Numbered from the stretch's first letter, positions 48,420-59,499 are shown. The stretch is 64,000 bases of DNA from Desulfatiglandales bacterium (GCA_963666345.1 OY762721.1:1376001-1440000); one strand, 5' to 3'. Notes: generated by a model from the sequence alone, not told the origin. Translations and numbers: made by a program.

Positions 48420-48894
48420 ACCCCCCCCCTGACAATCTGCAATTATGGCAACTTTTCAACTTAAAAACAAATAACTTTTTACAAAAATAAATAATAATGT
48501 CAATGCCATCACAAAAAAATATAGCTTTGCATAAGATGGCATAATGGGCTGCATCAAAAGATATTATCTGATTTTACACTCACAGGCAGGATATAAGTGG
48601 GATAGAAAATCTAAAGTGAGTCTATATTATTGAATTAATGCAAATATTAATAAAAATGTTGTTCAATCCTTTTAATAATCTATGTGTTAAAATATTTATT
48701 CTTTTTTGACAAAATAGCTGTTATTATGAATATAATGAATTATAAATATTTTGTATCGTCTTATACTTTTATGTTACAAAATCGTTATACGTTATTTATC
48801 AAAAATTGCAGAATGCCATACCTATCGTCATCCTTACTCTAGAACTATGTGACGTTGCAACTGAGGCATAGGATATGCAGGAAAAATCCAAATT

Positions 48895-49515
48895 ATGAAA
48901 AAGCCATCCAAATTAAAATATCCAAATTTTGAAGCTAAGTATCCATGGTTGTCTATTCTCTTTAAAGCTTACTATAGGAATGATGTGGGCATATATAAAG
49001 AACTGAAGATATTTACCAAAGAGTCAAGACGAAAAATAGCCTGCAAAAAAGGCTGTTTTACTTGTTGTTTAAATCCTGTCGTTCCAATAACCCTGATAGA
49101 ATTAATGGGAATTTCATGGTATATATCAGAAATAATAGACGATTTTGCAATACGAGAACAACTTAAAGGTCAAATGTTGCAAAATAAAGAGACTCCTGTC
49201 TGTCCTTTTCTTATAAATAATGAATGTTCCATATACCCGATCAGGCCCATAGCCTGCAGAGAATTCTTTATGACTGGATTACCCTGTAGGCCAAATGAAG
49301 ACCCAATCGTTTCTAGGCCTAATGACATTTGGTTTCCGTCCAGGAATATTGCGAGGAAGACTGCAATGGAGCTTTTATCTTTTTACGACTTCCAAACTGA
49401 CACCGAAAAGCTTCGAGCATATGAAGCTGGATATATTTCTCAGAATTCAAGCGATATGCATTCAATTGATTGGTCTCAAATGATTTCAACTATGAATCTA
49501 TTTGAAACTGCATAA
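48895..49515 (+). CDS. YkgJ family cysteine-cluster protein (gene cassette)
   Basis: CKKGCFTCC, CPFL...CSIYPIRPIACR; stop codon lies inside an attC-like site. Confidence 0.87.
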   Translation: MKKPSKLKYPNFEAKYPWLSILFKAYYRNDVGIYKELKIFTKESRRKIACKKGCFTCCLNPVVPITLIELMGISWYISEIIDDFAIREQLKGQMLQNKETPVCPFLINNECSIYPIRPIACREFFMTGLPCRPNEDPIVSRPNDIWFPSRNIARKTAMELLSFYDFQTDTEKLRAYEAGYISQNSSDMHSIDWSQMISTMNLFETA

Positions 49516-49574
49516 CCACGCTCTTTCATCAGCGGATCGTAAGAAACCGCGCCTGCTGAAGAGCCACGTTGGCC
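49510..49574 (+). other. Integron attC site
   Basis: GCATAAC...GTTGGCC core ends enclosing the imperfect hairpin GCTCTT..CAGCGG..CGCGCCTGCTGAAGAGC. Confidence 0.72.
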
Positions 49575-49602
49575 TTGATCATAAGGATAAAGTAGAGAAA
49601 AC

Positions 49603-50682
49603 ATGTCGGGTCGCCCTGAACAAGCGAGACAAGGATCGATAGTCAAGCATCACCCTGACGGGTTCCCCTTGTTCTTTGACAAGAGGAAACCGCGTGTAGT
49701 CACAGCTGACCCTTGGGCATATCTTTCGCATTTGGCGGTCGGACGCTTGAGTGGTGACCAAAAGGGCGAAGCACTTGCCTTCATTGAGCAGGCTTTTGAT
49801 TTTTACGAGGCAGCACAGAATCCACAACTCGGTTCAAAACCCCTTCTTTACTACTATTCGTTTCTGAATCTTGCAAAAGCAGCGCTCCTTATTTCTGGGG
49901 TACAAATTCCACTCAACGCGACGCATGGAATAAGCGATCCTAGGGCCAACATTAGAGAACGACTCCGTTTCGAAGGGCAGAAAATCTCTATACCTATGCC
50001 CGCTAGAAACCATTCATCAATTTTTCCAGAGTTTTTATCAATGCTCGGAGCACCTCCTAGGACCGACAGAAGAATGCGAGTAATAGACATCATTGGTCTC
50101 CTGCCATGTATCCATCGCACCTACTGCACCGTAATAAGGCAGAAGCCTATCTTTCTGCCTGTCTCTCGCTTCGAGGTTCGTCACTCAGGGGGTGAAGTAT
50201 GGGTGAGAATGGTGGTTAAGCGCCAAGATGACGACGTTCAGAAGGTTTTGCCTATAATTCGAAAGCGGCAGACTTGGCTACGAGTGTTGCACCAGGTAGA
50301 ATCAAAGTGTGAGTCGGAATTGTGGTTTGAGACTACGCCGGCACCCGGTGCGCGAAGGGGATTAGACAATGGTATCAAGGAACATGCACTTGCGCTCCGT
50401 AATCTCGGGCCTGCCTGTATCCTGACGGCACGAGGCTATCGCTTCTATCTACCAGAACTCACACCCGCGAACAGACTCCCGTGTCTCGCGGCATCATACG
50501 CGAGTATGTTCTATCTCGGTTCGATCACTCGATACAAACCACACTATTTTGATAAAATAGCTGTTGGGAAATACCAATGGATAGTAGAAGAGCTCATGGC
50601 GACACAGCCTCTGCAATTTTTATACAAGCTTGCGAGCTGGCTTGCAGGCGTCGATGTCGTGCGACCCTACGCCAGCGTATAA
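49603..50682 (+). CDS. YaaC-like protein (gene cassette)
   Basis: QAFDFY.AA...KPLLYYYSFLNLAKA, HGI, MFYLGSITRYKP. Confidence 0.8.
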   Translation: MSGRPEQARQGSIVKHHPDGFPLFFDKRKPRVVTADPWAYLSHLAVGRLSGDQKGEALAFIEQAFDFYEAAQNPQLGSKPLLYYYSFLNLAKAALLISGVQIPLNATHGISDPRANIRERLRFEGQKISIPMPARNHSSIFPEFLSMLGAPPRTDRRMRVIDIIGLLPCIHRTYCTVIRQKPIFLPVSRFEVRHSGGEVWVRMVVKRQDDDVQKVLPIIRKRQTWLRVLHQVESKCESELWFETTPAPGARRGLDNGIKEHALALRNLGPACILTARGYRFYLPELTPANRLPCLAASYASMFYLGSITRYKPHYFDKIAVGKYQWIVEELMATQPLQFLYKLASWLAGVDVVRPYASV

Positions 50683-50695
50683 GAAGAGCATGGGC

Positions 50696-50764
50696 GCCTA
50701 CACTCTAAATCAGGGGCAAAGCGGCGCGGTTTTAAGCGACGGTATGTAGATCTGTTGGTTAGCA
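50696..50764 (+). other. Degenerate attC site
   Basis: GCCTACAC...GCGGCGCGGTTTTAAGCG...GTTAGCA, about 14 bp after the YaaC stop. Confidence 0.45.
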
Positions 50765-50839
50765 GCGCCATATCAAGAAGATAATATCAGGCATCTTTTA
50801 CTTTCATAAACCACAATGCGATATGAAGCTGTTTAACTA

Positions 50840-50957
50840 AACAATATCCAAGCCCTTACCTTAACAAAAAATCCTGAAAAATTTTTACACGGATAAGTGA
50901 TAGTAGGGGGGGTAACTCAAGTCTCCGGGTTTTCTTTCCTTTTTCTGCACTCTGGAC
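50840..50957 (+). repeat. Poly-G-containing ~100-bp repeat, copy 1
   Basis: AACAATATCCA..TAAC.AAAAATCCTGAAAAATTTT.ACACGGATAAGT..G7..AACTCAAGTCTCCGG shared with 61549-61650. Confidence 0.85.
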
Positions 50958-51080
50958 TTTCTTTAGATTTTCTCTACCTAATTGCAGGCTCATTGGCCAT
51001 GTATTTCAATTGAGGAAGACGGGGCTTGAACCTTTGGGCTAAACTGCTGTTGCGACTGGCAATGAGATAGAAGCTTCAAC

Positions 51081-52044
51081 TCAATTGGTTCTATCCGTGG
51101 CAATCTCCAGTGCCCTTTTGTTCAGGCTTGCACCCTCTCCGTACCATAAGCTACTGAGCGTGTTATCCTGGCACTCACCCCGGAAGTAGTTCAAATACTC
51201 ATTTACGGCATTGTAGGCTCCCCAGTAGGTCTTTCCTGCCATTCGGCTGCCCCGGCCATATTCAAAAAGTCTGACCACTCTGGGCACAATTTTTTCCTGT
51301 TTCTGCTGTGCCGGGGTTCTGTCCCTTTCCTTGAGACAAAAGACCAGCCGTATATATTTGACAAGTTCTGCGCTGTTTACCTGTTTGGATGCAAGACGTT
51401 TGTATCGATCCACTGTTGCAACAAATTCTTGCTGGGCAAGATCGATCGTATCCCGTATGTCTTCAAGGGTTTCAAGCACGCCTTTGATATGACTTTGCTC
51501 GGAGAAGCTTGCTTGCTTTAGACTCATGGGCAAGACAGAGGGTGTTGTTGCATACCACACGGATCGGGCGTAAATCCTACTGCGCACGGCAAGACTTCCG
51601 TCATGGGAGCTGGAAAGAAGGATATAGTGCTCCAGGATGTCTTCTTTGCCCCACGCTCATGGGATCCCGTTTGATCTTGGCAAGGACCCAGATCCTTGAG
51701 CCTCCTTTGAGGCTGCCAGCCGTCTCGATAGTCGCCTCGCCACTCTCAAGGAAAGGCTGAAACCATTTAAAAGCATCAATGTTTTGAAGGGGCTCATAGT
51801 CTCTTCCCACTATCCCGAGCACTTTATTGTCGCTGGTCCTGCAGGTAACATAACTGCCTATGATGCACAGATGTTCATTTTTCTGACCCTCGGTGAATAG
51901 ATGGCGAAGCTCCACGTCCCAGTTAAGCCCGGCAGCAACTATTGCTTCTTCAATGCTCAATTTGCTTCCTTCCGGTACTGGGACCCCTAAGCCATGCCAG
52001 GGAGTTTTTCCGACATACATCATGCTTTCCACATCATTTGCCAT
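51081..52044 (-). pseudogene. DUF932 (phage/plasmid-related) protein, frameshifted
   Basis: PWHGLG, Y.PLQN, ETAGSLKGG in one frame; SHDGS and TPIRVVCN in a second; TYWGAYNAVNEY in a third. Confidence 0.82.
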
Positions 52045-52072
52045 GACTGCCTCCTTTCAAAAATTGAAGATC

Positions 52073-52366
52073 TTAAGATCTGGGAGAGACCTCCTTTCTT
52101 ATTTTTTCACCTGCCGCCTTTTCAGCAAGACCGAGGTCATGGTCCATTTGAAGGCCTAGCCAGTATTCAGGTTTATTATTGAAATACCTGGCGAGCCTCA
52201 GGGCCGTATCCGCGGTTATCCTTCTTTTGCAAAGGACGATCTCATTAATACGCCTAGGCGGGACATGAAGGGCGATAGCCAGCTGATTCTGGTTGAGATT
52301 AAGCGGTTTAATGAATTTTTCCAGCAAAATCTTTCCTGGGTGCACAGCTGTATTTTCCTGATTCAT
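52073..52366 (-). CDS. higA: HigA family antitoxin (orphan)
   Basis: HPGKIL..F, RINEIV..KR.ITADTALRLARYF...W..LQ. Confidence 0.9.
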   Translation of the reverse strand: MNQENTAVHPGKILLEKFIKPLNLNQNQLAIALHVPPRRINEIVLCKRRITADTALRLARYFNNKPEYWLGLQMDHDLGLAEKAAGEKIRKEVSPRS

Positions 52367-52403
52367 GGATTATTCTCCTTAAAAGTCTAATATGGTCTTA
52401 TAT

Positions 52404-52422
52404 TATAACGCATAACGTTATA
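52404..52422. promoter_or_regulatory. Palindromic operator upstream of higA
   Basis: TATAACG-CATAA-CGTTATA. Confidence 0.65.
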
Positions 52423-52472
52423 CATCAAGTTATTTTTACATGCAACTACATACTTTAAAAACTCAGCAGGGC

Positions 52473-52569
52473 CAAAAATATTGAAAAAAATATACGGCCA
52501 TAAATGATAGGTGGGGGGGGGGGGGGGGGGACTCAAGTCGGCGGGTTTTCCTTTTCCCGCACTCTGTAC
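52473..52569 (+). repeat. Poly-G-containing repeat, copy 2 (divergent, G18)
   Basis: AAAAAT..TGAAAAA..TGATAG.G18 ACTCAAGTC..CGGGTTTT..GCACTCTG.AC. Confidence 0.7.
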
Positions 52570-53146
52570 ATCTATTACCTGCTACCTGACCAGCAATGGA
52601 TTGGTTTTCGTGTGCTATCACAATATTTCATTCATATTGAATATTTCAATTTCATTATAAATATTATATTGCTAACTTATTTAAATAATTTTTTATTTTA
52701 CAAGTATTAAAAGATACTTTTATTTTGACACATTTTCTTTTATTAACTATTATATTTAAAATAATCTTTAGCTCAATCTAAACATAGATAAGCAAATCAT
52801 CCCTTTTGATCGATACAGAATCTCAAAAGTTTCAAAATACCATCTCTATCGCTACAATTTTCGATTGTTATGCTTAATGCAAGCTATACGTAATGAGGTC
52901 TGATTTTTCTTTAATTTAAGTTGTTTAACAGCTATATTCCTGTTCCAAATTATCGATATAGTCAAGCCTTTTTTAAAGTAAAACGACTTTTTATTTTCAC
53001 GTAACAACCGATCCATGGCCTTGAAGTAGCCTTTTTGAACTTTTAAATTACAAACCTTGCAGTACCGTTGGGTCGTTTTAATCTGGGGATGCCCGAGCAG
53101 ATCCTAGATTAAGCATGGGCTTGGACAACCTCGTGAGGTTCCAGTC

Positions 53147-53755
53147 TTGATATCAGTGGCCGTAATCGTTGGGGGCAAGAATCCCGGGCACAAGAGGGAG
53201 AGCATTGTTCCCTACTTCCGAGAGTTACTGTCAACAATCCCTTCGAGCGTTGAAGAACTCCATCTCCATGACGTCAGTTGTGGAACGCTTGACAGATTCT
53301 GTGTGTTGATTGTGGCAACAAGCCTTGAGTCTGCAGGGGAGCAAGTATTGTGCTCACTTCAGGCATTCTCAGGGAAGCCCCGCAGTGTTTCTGTTTATCT
53401 GCACGAGGCATCCATCTATGATGAGAGGGCTAACCGGTTCTTTCTGGACTTTTTAGGAGTGCGATTTGGGTCCCACCAACCCTATGGGATAATGGAGGTC
53501 CGTACCTGCTCACATCACTTTACAAGGGGGGTCGCCAAAGTGTTTACTACGACTGACGAGTCCTACGCCTACCGTTCCGTTAGCGGAGACTTTCCACGGG
53601 ATTCTTTCCTTTTCAGCAGCGAAGGTATCCCACTAGGTTTTGCCACCCTTATTCCGTCGTCAGAGGGGCGTGTGGTTTACATTGCGTTAGGTCATGATAC
53701 AGCATCAATTCAGAACAATGGCTTCAGGACGATCCTTCGCAACGTAGTTACCTGA
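53147..53755 (+). CDS. ThuA-like domain protein
   Basis: GVRFGSH, H..TRGV...TTDESY, GRVVYIALGHD. Confidence 0.72.
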   Translation: MISVAVIVGGKNPGHKRESIVPYFRELLSTIPSSVEELHLHDVSCGTLDRFCVLIVATSLESAGEQVLCSLQAFSGKPRSVSVYLHEASIYDERANRFFLDFLGVRFGSHQPYGIMEVRTCSHHFTRGVAKVFTTTDESYAYRSVSGDFPRDSFLFSSEGIPLGFATLIPSSEGRVVYIALGHDTASIQNNGFRTILRNVVT

Positions 53756-54192
53756 GCCTTTGCGGTCACTGGGTGAGGCGAGGGTCCTTTCCTTTGGGGA
53801 TTCACAAAGTGACAGGTATTCTGTATCGCCAAATCCCCGTTTGACTCAGGAAGGCCAACAATGCATAGACGCTGGCGATCCTCAGCCTGCATTGATGGAT
53901 GTCGAAGGGCCAGTACCCGGGTAAGGTCTAGAGTTCAGTTGATATGGTCAGCTTATGCGAACGCCTACAGGCGTCGGGAGTACTTATGAGCCCAAACGTG
54001 CAGGAAGGCTGACCATAATCGTAGGTGCCCATGTTGCGTGTATCCCACCGTGCCCGCAGAGAAATGACTCACCATCGTCCGAGCCCTGTGTGGCCGGGGC
54101 CGTAATGCTACGCAAGTGCTTACCCGTAGCGACGTATTTTATTATATGATGCATTTCCGCGGATTTTTTTCAAAAAAATAGGGGGTAGGCAC

Positions 54193-55272
54193 ATGATGCT
54201 TGGTAGAAACCGAAAGACGGACTGCACGTTCGATAATCCGGCGCCTCCTCGGTTGCTACGGATTGAGATCATAAACCAATGCAACTACGATTGCACGTTT
54301 TGCTGTTGGCAGGGTGACCCAGCTGATTTCCCACTCTATAGACGTCCCATTCTCTTCTTTCAGATTTTTGTAAAGGCACTGGTTAGGTCTGGATGTCGGC
54401 GGGCACATTTGACAGGAGGTGAACCACTTCTTGTACCCCGCGCCAAGCTGTGCGAAATCGTGTTTGCCCTGACATCACCAAGAGTCCTAGGCCATTTTTT
54501 CATCACCACTAATGCGAGTCTCCTTGACGACCATTTATGCTATGAGCTCTACCGCGCTGGGTTGCGCGACATAGTGATTTCGATAGGTGGCCACACGAAT
54601 AGCGCGTACCGTGCTTATGCCCGACCGGCGAGTATGGATGTAGATCTCGACTTTGTGTTAGGCCGTGTAGAGCAAGCAGTGCGTTGTGGTCTGTCGGTAA
54701 GGGTGGATGTCCCGCTCTCGACCGACGGAATCCACGACTTTGAGGCACTGAAGCAACTTATTGCAAGGGTTCAAGAAATCGGTGTCCGCGATGTTACCTA
54801 TTTCAGATTGCATAAAACTAAGGAGAATAAAGATGATTATAAACGGCTTACAGATTCCGAAGTGCTTGAACGTGTCACGGCAGGTTTTATGAAAGATTCT
54901 GCGTGGAAAGTAGTTGCTGATGGAGGGCGAACGTTTTTTTGTGACGGGCATGTGAGAAATTTTTTCTACAACGGGCATGTGAAAATACCGTTTCCGTGCA
55001 GAATCGAGCCAAAAACGATCAATTGCAAAAAACGTATGAAGGCTTGCGGTGACTACTGCCAAGGAACCTATGCTGTGTACCTACTCGGCAGAGGCGGTGG
55101 TGCAGTTGTTAGGGCGTGCCACCATGAGTTCCCCAGACGAGACAACGAGTTTCCAATTGATGAATCTCTCTTTGAACGCGGAGATGTCGCCGGTGTTAGT
55201 AAGGTACTGCGACGGGCATGGCAGTGGTCGGCGGGTGAGGAATCGCTCAAGAACAGCTCGCCAACAATGTGA
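54193..55272 (+). CDS. MoaA-like radical SAM protein (divergent)
   Basis: CNYDCTFC, LTGGEPLL, ITTN; C-terminal Cys cluster; lacks the MoaA CNRxR and terminal GG. Confidence 0.8.
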   Translation: MMLGRNRKTDCTFDNPAPPRLLRIEIINQCNYDCTFCCWQGDPADFPLYRRPILFFQIFVKALVRSGCRRAHLTGGEPLLVPRAKLCEIVFALTSPRVLGHFFITTNASLLDDHLCYELYRAGLRDIVISIGGHTNSAYRAYARPASMDVDLDFVLGRVEQAVRCGLSVRVDVPLSTDGIHDFEALKQLIARVQEIGVRDVTYFRLHKTKENKDDYKRLTDSEVLERVTAGFMKDSAWKVVADGGRTFFCDGHVRNFFYNGHVKIPFPCRIEPKTINCKKRMKACGDYCQGTYAVYLLGRGGGAVVRACHHEFPRRDNEFPIDESLFERGDVAGVSKVLRRAWQWSAGEESLKNSSPTM

Positions 55273-55529
55273 GTGAGCCGTAGTGAAACATATACGCCTA
55301 ATAGTAGGACGAAACGACTACGGTTATGACCCATTAATAGTCTGTTGCAGATCAAAAATCTATTCTCGAATGCAGCTTTCGTGGTCGAGCCACTTCAGTT
55401 CCACGATGTCTGCCACGGAGAGCTTGATCTCTCCAGCGTCTTGCATGCGCACAGGGATAGGATCTTCCGACTTCAAAGTCTCGGCATCGATCAACCATCA
55501 GCTAATATCCTCTTATTGGATCTTGAGAT

Positions 55530-56996
55530 ATGGAACGACATGCGAATAAGCACTTTGTAGGCACTTCCTGTTTTGGAATACGGGGGCAGGAGGCAGTCCT
55601 GGCGGGGCCGTGCAGTAATCTATCGCAATACCCATACGACGCTCTTTGGGTCATATGCCCAGAAGATACAGTCGATCTCACTAGGCAACGTCTAAATGAT
55701 GCGCGAGGCGAACTCCTCCCTCGCACTTTGCATGTCCAAGTTGTTCCGCAACGACAGCTACTTGAAGGTTATTTTACCGGTGGGTCATTCGGATGCATCC
55801 CACAAGCGGTGTCGCAGTGCTTGTGGGAATATAAGGCCATTGCAGGAAAGCCCCGCCTTGAGGAGGCGCGTATAGCCTTGATTTGCTCAGGGGGGCAGGG
55901 AACGCGTGCGACACCTCTCAGTTGGCTGGGATGTGGCAACAAGAGCTTGATGCCGAGCATTAATGGGAAGCCGCTGCTATACCAGATTCTGAAGCAGATT
56001 ATTCAGATTGACACCGCACCAGGTGTATGGGCTTTCGGGTGCGACGTGCTCCAGAGCATAAATGGGGGACTGCAATACAACGCAAACGAGATTTCGGTGT
56101 TTGTCAACGAAGTCGGTATTGGTTATTCTGATACCGAAAATTATCTCTGTCTGTCAGTGGGTGATTCAGGGCGGCTTGTGAGGGCTACGTACCAACCTTC
56201 GCGTTCTGAGTTGAATTATTTCGGCAGGATAGCGGTGCCATTGATGGTAACGTTTTTCCCTCCTTCGTGTCTTTGGACGTTAGCCCACGCGTTCTTTGCA
56301 GAGAGTTCACCTGGCGGGCTTCCCTTGGTTCAAAGGTACACGATTGACATGGTCACATGGTTTCAGGCTTTAACTATGGGAAGGGATGCCTTTGCCGAGA
56401 AGTACACATTAACCTTTGGGATTCGAGATGCAGAGGCGATCTGGGATGCATTCCAGGCCCTTCTGCAGAGCGCAGAGATTAAATTTCCGTGTTGCTCACA
56501 AGGTGATCCAAGCGATCTGCTAGTCGATGTGGGTGATATCCGACGCTATGTGCGGACAGCTCTCGAAACGGCACGGAATCCTGCCCTAAGAGAGCTACTA
56601 GGCTTGGAGAGCATTACTGCCAAGGGAGGCACCATCGTAAAAGGATTGGGCAACTGCTTAGAGCTTGGTGATGGTGTGCGGATTAGGGGATGCCTTGTAG
56701 CAGGTGGAGACGTAAGGATCGAGCGAGGAGAGATATGCGACGGTATTGTCATAAACCATAAAGCACATGAATTGGAAATGGCGGGGCCGTGTTTAGTCGC
56801 CGGTGGCACTAGTCAGTGTCTCATCGTGCCAAAGGGTGATGTCACCGTATTCACTCCCATTGAAGGGGAGATGTTCAGAATCACAGCTAACATGGCTTTG
56901 TTGGAGGCTAGTTGCCAAGCGGTCTGTTGCAAAACTGGTAAAGAGCGCAGTTTTTCGGCTCTATGGCCTTGCCCTTCAGGGAGGTGGTTGGTGTGA
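55530..56996 (+). CDS. Sugar-1-phosphate nucleotidyltransferase-like protein
   Basis: ICSGGQGTRATPLS...NKSL...GKPLL, DVGD, beta-helix-like C-terminus; start uncertain. Confidence 0.62.
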   Translation: MERHANKHFVGTSCFGIRGQEAVLAGPCSNLSQYPYDALWVICPEDTVDLTRQRLNDARGELLPRTLHVQVVPQRQLLEGYFTGGSFGCIPQAVSQCLWEYKAIAGKPRLEEARIALICSGGQGTRATPLSWLGCGNKSLMPSINGKPLLYQILKQIIQIDTAPGVWAFGCDVLQSINGGLQYNANEISVFVNEVGIGYSDTENYLCLSVGDSGRLVRATYQPSRSELNYFGRIAVPLMVTFFPPSCLWTLAHAFFAESSPGGLPLVQRYTIDMVTWFQALTMGRDAFAEKYTLTFGIRDAEAIWDAFQALLQSAEIKFPCCSQGDPSDLLVDVGDIRRYVRTALETARNPALRELLGLESITAKGGTIVKGLGNCLELGDGVRIRGCLVAGGDVRIERGEICDGIVINHKAHELEMAGPCLVAGGTSQCLIVPKGDVTVFTPIEGEMFRITANMALLEASCQAVCCKTGKERSFSALWPCPSGRWLV

Positions 56997-58180
56997 CTCG
57001 GTTATCTCCAAGAAACGGTGATAGATATCATGGGAACCGGCATGGCGACCATGCCGTTCTGTTGGCCAATCGGTTTGCTGCAAGGCTGTTGGCCATAGCT
57101 GACCGAGCGGCTTTTGATGCGGCTGTGGACGAATTGGTTAGAGAAATGGATGGGCTTAGTTTTGCAGAGCATGACAGAGCTGTGAACGTTCTTTGGAATG
57201 GGCTCGGACAAAGGGCATCTACATTAGAACTCCCTGTCAACTCTGACCGACCGACTGCCCTCTTCTTCTGTACGAGTCGGACTACGGATCTGGACATCAG
57301 GGTGAAGGAAGAGGTCATTACCCAGGTTGAGCCCGTCAAATGTTTCGTCGGCGGGAAGGCATGCAATGCGTTCCGCATGTACCGAAATATCGGTGGAGAG
57401 GCGGTGTTATTGACTTACCCTGATCTAGCGTTTGATGCACGTAAGGTCGTTCTCCTAGATCATGCAAAGAAAAGAGTCCTATATGCTGACCCTCTGCCAT
57501 CGACGGACAGCGACCCGTGGGACGTGTTAAACACTGTGTCGGCTTGCCTTAATCGCATGCCGAGAGGGAGCCTTATTGTTATTGGGGGCTCTTTTCATCC
57601 TGCCCTTGCAGCTGAACACCTTGATTACTTCTTTGATTCTGCTCGTTCTGATGAGTTCGGACTCGTTGTTGATTGCAGCGCCAAATTGACCGAGGTACAG
57701 GTTATCAAAATACTCGAAGCTAAACCACTTGTCCTCCAGAGCAACGAAGCCGAGTTCAGAATGCTGTGTCGGTATGTAAACATAGACGGGATGAGAGAGC
57801 GCCAGAGCTTGAATCATTTCCCGGACATATCACAGGTGGTACGTATAGCGCAGGAACTGATCAAAAGCTTTGGCCTTTCGGCGATTGCTGTTACCCTGCG
57901 TCAGAGAGGCGCTGTATTGTGTACAAGGAACGAGATCCACTACGGCCATAGTCGTTGGCCTATTGCCTCTGTCGCTGGAGGACTTGGATCTGGCGATTCA
58001 TTCTGTGGGGCCATGGCTTACGCTCTCTCACAAGAGCCCGCAGTGAACAGGGAGATCAATTGGCGTCGAGTTCTAAATTTCTCTCTTGCTGCTGCGACGG
58101 CCAAGGTAAAGCTGTTGGGGACCCAGATGCCATCACGCGATTTAGTGTTGCAAGAAGAGGTAATCATGTGCAGCCAATAG
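56963..58180 (+). CDS. PfkB family carbohydrate kinase
   Basis: GGKACN, N.AE, VTL..RGA, GSGDSFCG. Confidence 0.75.
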   Translation: MALPFREVVGVTRLSPRNGDRYHGNRHGDHAVLLANRFAARLLAIADRAAFDAAVDELVREMDGLSFAEHDRAVNVLWNGLGQRASTLELPVNSDRPTALFFCTSRTTDLDIRVKEEVITQVEPVKCFVGGKACNAFRMYRNIGGEAVLLTYPDLAFDARKVVLLDHAKKRVLYADPLPSTDSDPWDVLNTVSACLNRMPRGSLIVIGGSFHPALAAEHLDYFFDSARSDEFGLVVDCSAKLTEVQVIKILEAKPLVLQSNEAEFRMLCRYVNIDGMRERQSLNHFPDISQVVRIAQELIKSFGLSAIAVTLRQRGAVLCTRNEIHYGHSRWPIASVAGGLGSGDSFCGAMAYALSQEPAVNREINWRRVLNFSLAAATAKVKLLGTQMPSRDLVLQEEVIMCSQ

Positions 58181-58296
58181 CCCCGACTATCATGCACTAT
58201 CGAGAGAGCGCGCCCACACCGGGATCTCTCTGGACAGACTGCTAACAGGAAAACTATAAGTGAATTGGATATGCAAAAGACCGGTGGACCATTACA

Positions 58297-59499
58297 TTGA
58301 CGAAGGAAACGGCTGTGGCATCCAACGCGAACATCGGCTTGAGAATTGGCGGTACAAACTTGCAGGTAGCCGTACTATATGGCGATGAAGTACTTCGGGT
58401 GGTTTCCGATGAGATCAGGTTTCGCGATGTCTGCGAAGCCCGAGCTGGAGGAAGCTATGTCCGGAGTGATATGTATGAGTTGGTGGCAAATCAGGTGCTT
58501 GATTGTATTACCCGGATAGGTCTGAGTGTGCCCCAGTTTATAAAGGACAACGGGGGATTTCGGATACTTGTGTCCTTTGCAGGGCCAATGTCCCTAGATG
58601 GACATCTAGTTTTCCGGCCGAAAAGCATTCCTTGTATGCATACATGGTTCCCTCTAGCCGAGGAGCTTTCGGAGCATCTTTGCTGTGCATTAAACTGCAG
58701 CCGTGAGACTGCTAGTGTACAGACTTGGATGGACGGAACGACATCGGTCTTCGCGGAGACCTCACCTAATGGAACCTGTCCTGGAGAAAGGGATGCGATG
58801 GTAGTGATATCGGGCACCGGTGTGGGGGCTGGTTTTATGAAGGACGGGAAGAGCTTCGTCGGTCAGGGAATCAACGGAATGCTTGGAGAAATTGGCTACT
58901 TCCTGATGACGACAAGTAATGGCCAGTATAAGTATATGGCCTATGAGACACATGGCGACATCGGGAGGTTCATTTCTGGCAAACCCCTTAATGTATTCAG
59001 ACACAGATTCTGTGTTGAAGGAGTTCTCAAGTCATTCATCGAGTATACGGAACGACGGGGCGATGGACGGCCGATTGCGGGGCTCAAGGGCTGGGCATGC
59101 CGTGGGCGGATGTCGCATGCCACCCTAGTCCGTTTGTCGCAAGAACTCATCGACCGGATCGCTAATGGCGACAGAATCGCTCTGAGTTTCCTAGATGACT
59201 TAGCGGACGGATTCTGCAGCGGAATCGCTTCATTCGTTGTTCATCCAAGACACATTGGAGAAAAATTCACACGGAACATCGTCCTGGTCGGCAGTCTGAG
59301 CTGTTTTTTGGGGGTATTCTCCTCGCCTCTTGAAAGTAGAATGAGGGAAGCGCTTTACAGAAAGTTGTGCGAGGCGTGCGTTTCGCGACGAATTGCTTCT
59401 GAAATTTGCGAGGGATTCCGGTTCTCAAAGATGAGCTCTACCACTCGGGAGTTCATCGGTTTGGCGAGGCTCGGGAGGATGAAATGCACAGCCGTGTAG
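58297..59499 (+). CDS. ROK family sugar kinase-like protein
   Basis: IGGTNL, GTGVGAG, GEIGY. Confidence 0.72.
   Translation: MTKETAVASNANIGLRIGGTNLQVAVLYGDEVLRVVSDEIRFRDVCEARAGGSYVRSDMYELVANQVLDCITRIGLSVPQFIKDNGGFRILVSFAGPMSLDGHLVFRPKSIPCMHTWFPLAEELSEHLCCALNCSRETASVQTWMDGTTSVFAETSPNGTCPGERDAMVVISGTGVGAGFMKDGKSFVGQGINGMLGEIGYFLMTTSNGQYKYMAYETHGDIGRFISGKPLNVFRHRFCVEGVLKSFIEYTERRGDGRPIAGLKGWACRGRMSHATLVRLSQELIDRIANGDRIALSFLDDLADGFCSGIASFVVHPRHIGEKFTRNIVLVGSLSCFLGVFSSPLESRMREALYRKLCEACVSRRIASEICEGFRFSKMSSTTREFIGLARLGRMKCTAV

Noticed and set aside
48421..48429. Phase-variable C9/G9 tract before the defence operon
   Set aside because: It sits at the RBS position, G-rich RBSs also precede 34449 and 54193, and no open frame extends upstream; variation cannot be shown from one sequence
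54193..55272. Calling the radical SAM moaA or a prokaryotic viperin
   Set aside because: Lacks the MoaA CNRxR, terminal GG and the Arg before LTGGEP; no viperin-specific motif I can confirm
55283..55560. Small precursor peptide (RiPP) between the radical SAM and nucleotidyltransferase genes
   Set aside because: Overlapping short ORFs with no clear RBS or leader/core pattern; neighbouring enzymes point to sugar or nucleotide substrates
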